Assembly (NCBI GenBank): GCA_030615855.1
Contig: JAUWYL010000008.1
Coordinates: forward strand, 1-40,190
DNA: 40,190 nucleotides
Origin: a bacterium
GTDB lineage: Bacteria > UBP18 > UBA7526
Reading direction: 5' to 3'
Made by a program: the position numbers and the translations under genes. The notes under the pieces were generated by a model. It was not told the DNA's origin. It ran no database searches and saw only the letters and a program-made list of their open reading frames with translations. Below, one piece after another: positions 36,368 through 40,190 of this stretch; positions within the stretch are counted from its first letter, which is position 1; every line of letters starts with the position of its first letter.

Positions 36368-36596
36368 TTAGTTGACAAGTTGACAAGTTGATAAGTCAAT
36401 ACGTTAATAAGGTAATTGGGTAACGGTTAAGGTTAGGTAGTTAGTTTGGTTGTTAGGTTAGGTAGTTGGTCTTTTTAAAAGAACACCTAACCCTTACCCA
36501 ACTACTTGGTATAACCCCTTCTATTACTCCCCTCTTCGTCGCCTTATTCTCTTATTTTTCCTTATTTGCTTATTAACTTATTAACTTATTAACTAT
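36368..36596. repeat. Nested element: octamer arms enclosing GGTTAG/CTAACC arms
   Basis: AGTTGACAAGTTGACAAGTTGATAAG ... CTTATTAACTTATTAACTTATTAACT, with inner GGTTAAGGTTAGGTAGTT / CCTAACCCTTACCCAACTAC. Confidence 0.75.
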
Positions 36597-37150
36597 CTCT
36601 GTTTTTTCTGTCTTGTCTCAAGGGTCCTTATCTCATCTCTTAGCCTTGCTGCCTCTTCATACTCTTCCCTCTTAACTGCTTCCTGAAGCTTTTTCTTCAT
36701 CTCTTCGATCTCGTTCTTAGGGACCTTCGCTTTTGCTGGAACCTTGGAGGGAACCTTTCCCTTATGAATGATGCCTCCGTGTATCCTTCTGAGCATGGGC
36801 TCCAACTGTTCCTTGAACGTCTCGTAGCACTGACTACATCCCAGCTGGAATGTTTTCTTAAAGTCGCTATAAGAAAGACCGCATCTGGGACATTTGATTT
36901 CCTCTACTTCCGGGGGCTTGATCTTCTCTTCAAAAGGGGTAAAGAACTCGGTATGAAAGGAAGGGAAATCAGAAAATATCTTCAAAAAGAGATCAGGAAA
37001 AGAGGGGAAGAAGGACTCTATCTCCTTCTTTATCTCACCCGTGACCTCCTCGGCACATTTATCACAGAGGTGCATGACCGTGAACTCACCACCCACGATC
37101 TTTATTACTGGGACTGTGGCCTCTTCCTTACCACATCTCTCACAAAGCAT
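36593..37150 (-). CDS. mcsA: McsB activator with four CXXC motifs and a UVR domain
   Basis: CERC, CDKC, CPRC, LGCSQCY..F, H.GKVP, E.YEEAARLRDEI. Confidence 0.95.
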   Translation of the reverse strand: MLCERCGKEEATVPVIKIVGGEFTVMHLCDKCAEEVTGEIKKEIESFFPSFPDLFLKIFSDFPSFHTEFFTPFEEKIKPPEVEEIKCPRCGLSYSDFKKTFQLGCSQCYETFKEQLEPMLRRIHGGIIHKGKVPSKVPAKAKVPKNEIEEMKKKLQEAVKREEYEEAARLRDEIRTLETRQKKQR

Positions 37151-37175
37151 CGCTTCTCCTCACTATCGCTCGGAT

Positions 37176-37407
37176 AGTTTACAGTAACCAGCGAACAGTA
37201 ACCAGCAAAACCACAGAATATCAGTATAGACGCCAGACAAGCTGGCTAAATTTTTCGCGGTGCTCAGAATGCAGAATAGCAGAATGAGAATTTAGAAGGT
37301 CAAAGTATCAGATTTTGTCTGATTTCTGATAACTGACCCTCTCCATCTGATATTCTGGTTATCTGATGCTCTTTTACTTTTTTACTGTAAACTGGTTACT
37401 GGTTACT
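37176..37407. repeat. ~240-bp composite element, copy B (inverted relative to copy A)
   Basis: Reverse complement of 12501-12714; core at 37226-37272. Confidence 0.9.
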
Positions 37408-37409
37408 AT

Positions 37410-38282
37410 TTACTTATAGATGGACGTTCCTTCTCTTTGAGTCAGTTTCTTGAACCTTTCTCTCAGTTTAAGAGTAATCTCCCCTGGTTTTCCATCCCCG
37501 ATATCCTTGTCATCTACCTTGACTACTGAGATGACCTCTGCTGCTGTTCCGGTCAGAAAGCACTCATCCGCCTCATACAGTTCCTTAACGGTGAAGGGCA
37601 ACTCATGTGCCTTAATTCCCAAAGTTTCTGCTATTTCTAGAACGGCATCCCTGGTTATTCCTCTTAAGGCCCCCGTCTCTGTGGGGGGAGTAATCACCTC
37701 TTTATTTCTAACAATGAAGACGTTATCCGCAGTGGCCTCTGCCACATAGCCCTCAATATTGGTCATGATTCCCTCTGCCATATTTGCTCTATTCACCTCG
37801 ATCCTGGCCAGGATATTATTCAGATAATTTAAGGACTTTATCCCTGGATTCAGGGCCTCCCTAATATTTCTCTTTGTTTTGGTAACTATTACCTCCAATC
37901 CATTCTCATAAAACTCCTCGGGATAGAGTTTTATCTTATCAGTAATGATGAAGATAGTTGGCTTAGGACACTTCCTGGGATCTAAGCCCAAATCCCCTAT
38001 CCCCCTGGTAACCACCAATCTTATATAGGCATCCCTTAACTTATTGGCCCTCAAGGTCTTCAAAACCGCTTCCCTCATCTCTTCTTTTGAAAGAGGAATC
38101 TTTAAAGCGATAGCCTGGGCTGAAGCATAGAGTCTATCCAGATGCTGTTCCAATCTGAAGACCTTGCCATTATACGACCTTATTCCTTCAAATACCCCAT
38201 CTCCGTATAAGAGCCCATGGTCATAGACCGAGACCTTTGCTTCTTCCTTTTTGATCAGTTCTCCATCAAAATAGACTAACAT
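37410..38282 (-). CDS. ilvE: Branched-chain amino acid aminotransferase
   Basis: DHGLLYGDGVFEGIR, YIRLVVTRG.GDLG, KSLNYLNN, L.GITR, FLTGTAAE. Confidence 0.95.
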   Translation of the reverse strand: MLVYFDGELIKKEEAKVSVYDHGLLYGDGVFEGIRSYNGKVFRLEQHLDRLYASAQAIALKIPLSKEEMREAVLKTLRANKLRDAYIRLVVTRGIGDLGLDPRKCPKPTIFIITDKIKLYPEEFYENGLEVIVTKTKRNIREALNPGIKSLNYLNNILARIEVNRANMAEGIMTNIEGYVAEATADNVFIVRNKEVITPPTETGALRGITRDAVLEIAETLGIKAHELPFTVKELYEADECFLTGTAAEVISVVKVDDKDIGDGKPGEITLKLRERFKKLTQREGTSIYK

Positions 38283-38284
38283 CT

Positions 38285-38680
38285 TTATCCCCCGGGATTA
38301 ATCTCTTTTTTGAGTCTCTCCAATTCTTCTTCTACGTAGCGGGCGATCTTCTTCTGGGCAACATCATCAGGAAGGACGAACTTAAGGCCCACAGAATAAT
38401 CCTCTTCTTTTTCCACCTTATGGCACCAGACGACCTGGGCGATGGTTTTAACCTTATCCATCTCTCCCTCTTTCGTGGGAAGGTCGATCTCTAAGGCAGC
38501 AATAGTCCCTTCCTTAACGGAATCCTTCCTCTTTATTCTTAAGCCCCCTCCTCCTACCTCATAGGTAGATGTCTCCCAAGTTCCTCCCGAGAACTCTAAG
38601 GGAAACATATACCTTACTGGAATGGCCCTCTTCACCCTCGGGACTTTTCTCCTCTCTGGTCCCTTATACTCCTTTTCCAT
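38285..38680 (-). CDS. Single-domain PilZ protein
   Basis: ERRKVPR (RxxxR), EVGGGG at the D/NxSxxG position, A.VVW, VGLKF. Confidence 0.8.
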   Translation of the reverse strand: MEKEYKGPERRKVPRVKRAIPVRYMFPLEFSGGTWETSTYEVGGGGLRIKRKDSVKEGTIAALEIDLPTKEGEMDKVKTIAQVVWCHKVEKEEDYSVGLKFVLPDDVAQKKIARYVEEELERLKKEINPGG

Positions 38681-38694
38681 AATTATTCCTCCTT

Positions 38695-38756
38695 AAACGC
38701 AGATTGTCGCTGATAAATCTGCGGTCATCTGCGTTTTGATCTGCGGTCATCTGCGG
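38695..38756. repeat. ATCTGCG-unit repeat overlapping the lolD stop codon
   Basis: 38727-38755 matches 6794-6822 at 28/29 positions. Confidence 0.8.
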
Positions 38757-39429
38757 TCCTGCCATCCACCAGGCGAACCATGCGCTCGGCTCTCTTAGCT
38801 AACCCCTCATTATGGGTAGCAATAATGAGGGTCTTTCCCTTCTTTTCACTCAACCTCCAGAGAAGGCTATGTATCGCCTCGCCTGTTTTCCTGTCCAGGT
38901 TTCCGGTTGGTTCATCTGCTATGAGAATATCTGGCTCATTTACTAAAGCCCTTGCTAAAGCAACCCTCTGCTGTTCACCTCCCGATAGCTCAGGCGGCCT
39001 GTGATCTAACCTCTTTCTCAGCCCCATCTCTTCCAATATCTCCCTCGCCCTCTCCTTAACTTTGGACATCGGACTTCGGACTTTGGACATTATTAAACCA
39101 GGCATCATCACATTCTCTAAAGCAGTGAACTCGTTCAAGAGGTGATGAAACTGGAATAAGAAACCAATCCTTCTACTTCTCAAAAGAGCAAGTTTTCCGT
39201 CATTTAGATTATAGACTTCCTCTCCCCCTAAGAAGACTTTCCCTCTCGTTGGTCTATCCAGGGCACCCAGAAGATGGAGAAGAGTGCTCTTCCCCACGCC
39301 AGAGGGTCCAACGATGGATATAATCTCCCCCTCCTTTACCTTTAGATTCACTCCTTTTAAAACTGGGACGGCCTGACCATCCTGGTAATAGGTCTTGTAT
39401 AAATTTTTGGCAACAAGAATATCATCCAT
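38725..39429 (-). CDS. lolD: Lipoprotein-releasing ABC transporter ATP-binding protein
   Basis: GPSGVGKS, FQFHHLL.EFTALENV, LSGGEQQR, ADEPTGNLD; lies downstream of lolC/E. Confidence 0.93.
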   Translation of the reverse strand: MDDILVAKNLYKTYYQDGQAVPVLKGVNLKVKEGEIISIVGPSGVGKSTLLHLLGALDRPTRGKVFLGGEEVYNLNDGKLALLRSRRIGFLFQFHHLLNEFTALENVMMPGLIMSKVRSPMSKVKERAREILEEMGLRKRLDHRPPELSGGEQQRVALARALVNEPDILIADEPTGNLDRKTGEAIHSLLWRLSEKKGKTLIIATHNEGLAKRAERMVRLVDGRTADDRRSKRR

Positions 39430-39443
39430 CGCAGCAACCTCTA

Positions 39444-39491
39444 AAGTAACCAGTTTTTTTACTGTAAACTGTAAACCGTTAACCGTTAACC
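39444..39491. repeat. Empty heptamer shell
   Basis: The reverse complement reads GGTTAACGGTTAACGGTTTACAGTTTACAGTAAAAAAACTGGTTACTT. Confidence 0.8.
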
Positions 39492-39503
39492 TCTATTCTT
39501 CCG

Positions 39504-40190
39504 TCACTCATACCTGATGGCCTCTACCGGATCCAGCCTCGCTCCCCGCCAAGCGGGGTAGATGGTCGCCAATAGACTTATCCCGATAGCTGCTAAAATG
39601 ATGAGGAGGATATCGCTTCCTCTCATGGAAATGGGCAGGATGCTTATATAGTAGACTTCTCCTCCTCCAGGAAGTTTGACGAAATGGTACCTATCCTGCA
39701 GGAAACAGATGAAAGAACCAATAAACGTCCCCAAAAGGGTTCCCATAAGGCCAATGATCAACCCCTCCAGGATGAAGATGGACATGATGCTTTTGCGCTG
39801 AGCGCCCATGGCCTTCAGTATCCCGATCTCCTTCGTCTTCCTGATGACCTTCATGATCAGGGCGCTGGCGATGTTAAAGGCGGCGACCAGGATGATGAGA
39901 ACCAGAATAACGGTCATGGTAATCTTCTCCATCCTTAGAGCAGCGAAGAGGTTGCTGTTGAGCTCCATCCAGTTCCTTACCCAGTAGGGGTAGCCTAATT
40001 CCTCCTGGATTCTTTTATCCATCTTACCTGCCTGATAGATATTATCTATCTTTACCTGTAGCCCGGTGACTACCTCTCCCATCCCAAATAATCCCCGGGC
40101 GCTATCCAAGGTAACATAGGCCAGGGTTGAATCATACTCATACATCCCGGTATCGAAGATGCTAGTGACTTTGAATCTTTTGAACCTGGG
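39504..40190 (-). CDS. Lipoprotein-releasing permease LolC/E, C-terminal part (start lies beyond the window)
   Basis: F.TGMYEYD, W.ELN.NLFAAL.MEK, VAAFNI, EIGILKAMGA, YPAWR...LDPVEAIRYE. The frame stays open to the window end. Confidence 0.93.
   Translation of the reverse strand, partial: PRFKRFKVTSIFDTGMYEYDSTLAYVTLDSARGLFGMGEVVTGLQVKIDNIYQAGKMDKRIQEELGYPYWVRNWMELNSNLFAALRMEKITMTVILVLIILVAAFNIASALIMKVIRKTKEIGILKAMGAQRKSIMSIFILEGLIIGLMGTLLGTFIGSFICFLQDRYHFVKLPGGGEVYYISILPISMRGSDILLIILAAIGISLLATIYPAWRGARLDPVEAIRYE

Noticed and set aside
37297-37315. GGTCAAA upstream of mcsA as a CtsR operator
   Set aside because: It is only one half-site, lies inside the repeat element whose other copy sits at an unrelated locus, and there is no ctsR in the window.
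109-39938. Numerous plus-strand ORFs (e.g. 5535..6320, 9863..10495, 25414..25893) and short nested minus-strand ORFs
   Set aside because: They are antisense or alternative-frame shadows of well-supported minus-strand genes, with Ser/Phe/Leu/Ile-rich mirror composition and no recognisable motifs.

Overview
A 40-kb housekeeping and cell-envelope region from a diderm bacterium, with every real gene on the minus strand. In transcription order: lolC/E(partial)-lolD-PilZ-ilvE-mcsA-mcsB-clpC-bamA-skp-lpxD-lpxC/fabZ-lpxA-lpxI-[Gfo/Idh/MocA::lpxB fusion]-msbA-DUF374-waaA-four LpxL-like acyltransferases-lpxK-waaF-GT2-polysaccharide deacetylase-GT9-LPS kinase-UDP-sugar dehydrogenase-AsmA-AsmA-DUF748/OmpA-recX-alaS(partial). 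I see no transposase, CRISPR array or RNA gene. The most striking non-genic signal is a dense, modular system of small repeats. It comprises inverted arms of 6-10-bp tandem units, short REP-like hairpins flanked by 4-9-bp direct repeats, and a 47-bp core present three times. These modules nest inside one another, occur as both filled and empty versions, and occupy most longer spacers. They also sit in frame inside lpxC, waaA, lpxK, lolD, both asmA genes and the deacetylase, and one family ends on the Shine-Dalgarno site of four genes. At the protein level, the unusual features point to non-canonical lipid A chemistry: a GnnA-like oxidoreductase fused to LpxB, four LpxL-like paralogues that all lack the HX4D/E acid, and a divergent LpxI. 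All alignments were made by eye and no database searches were run.
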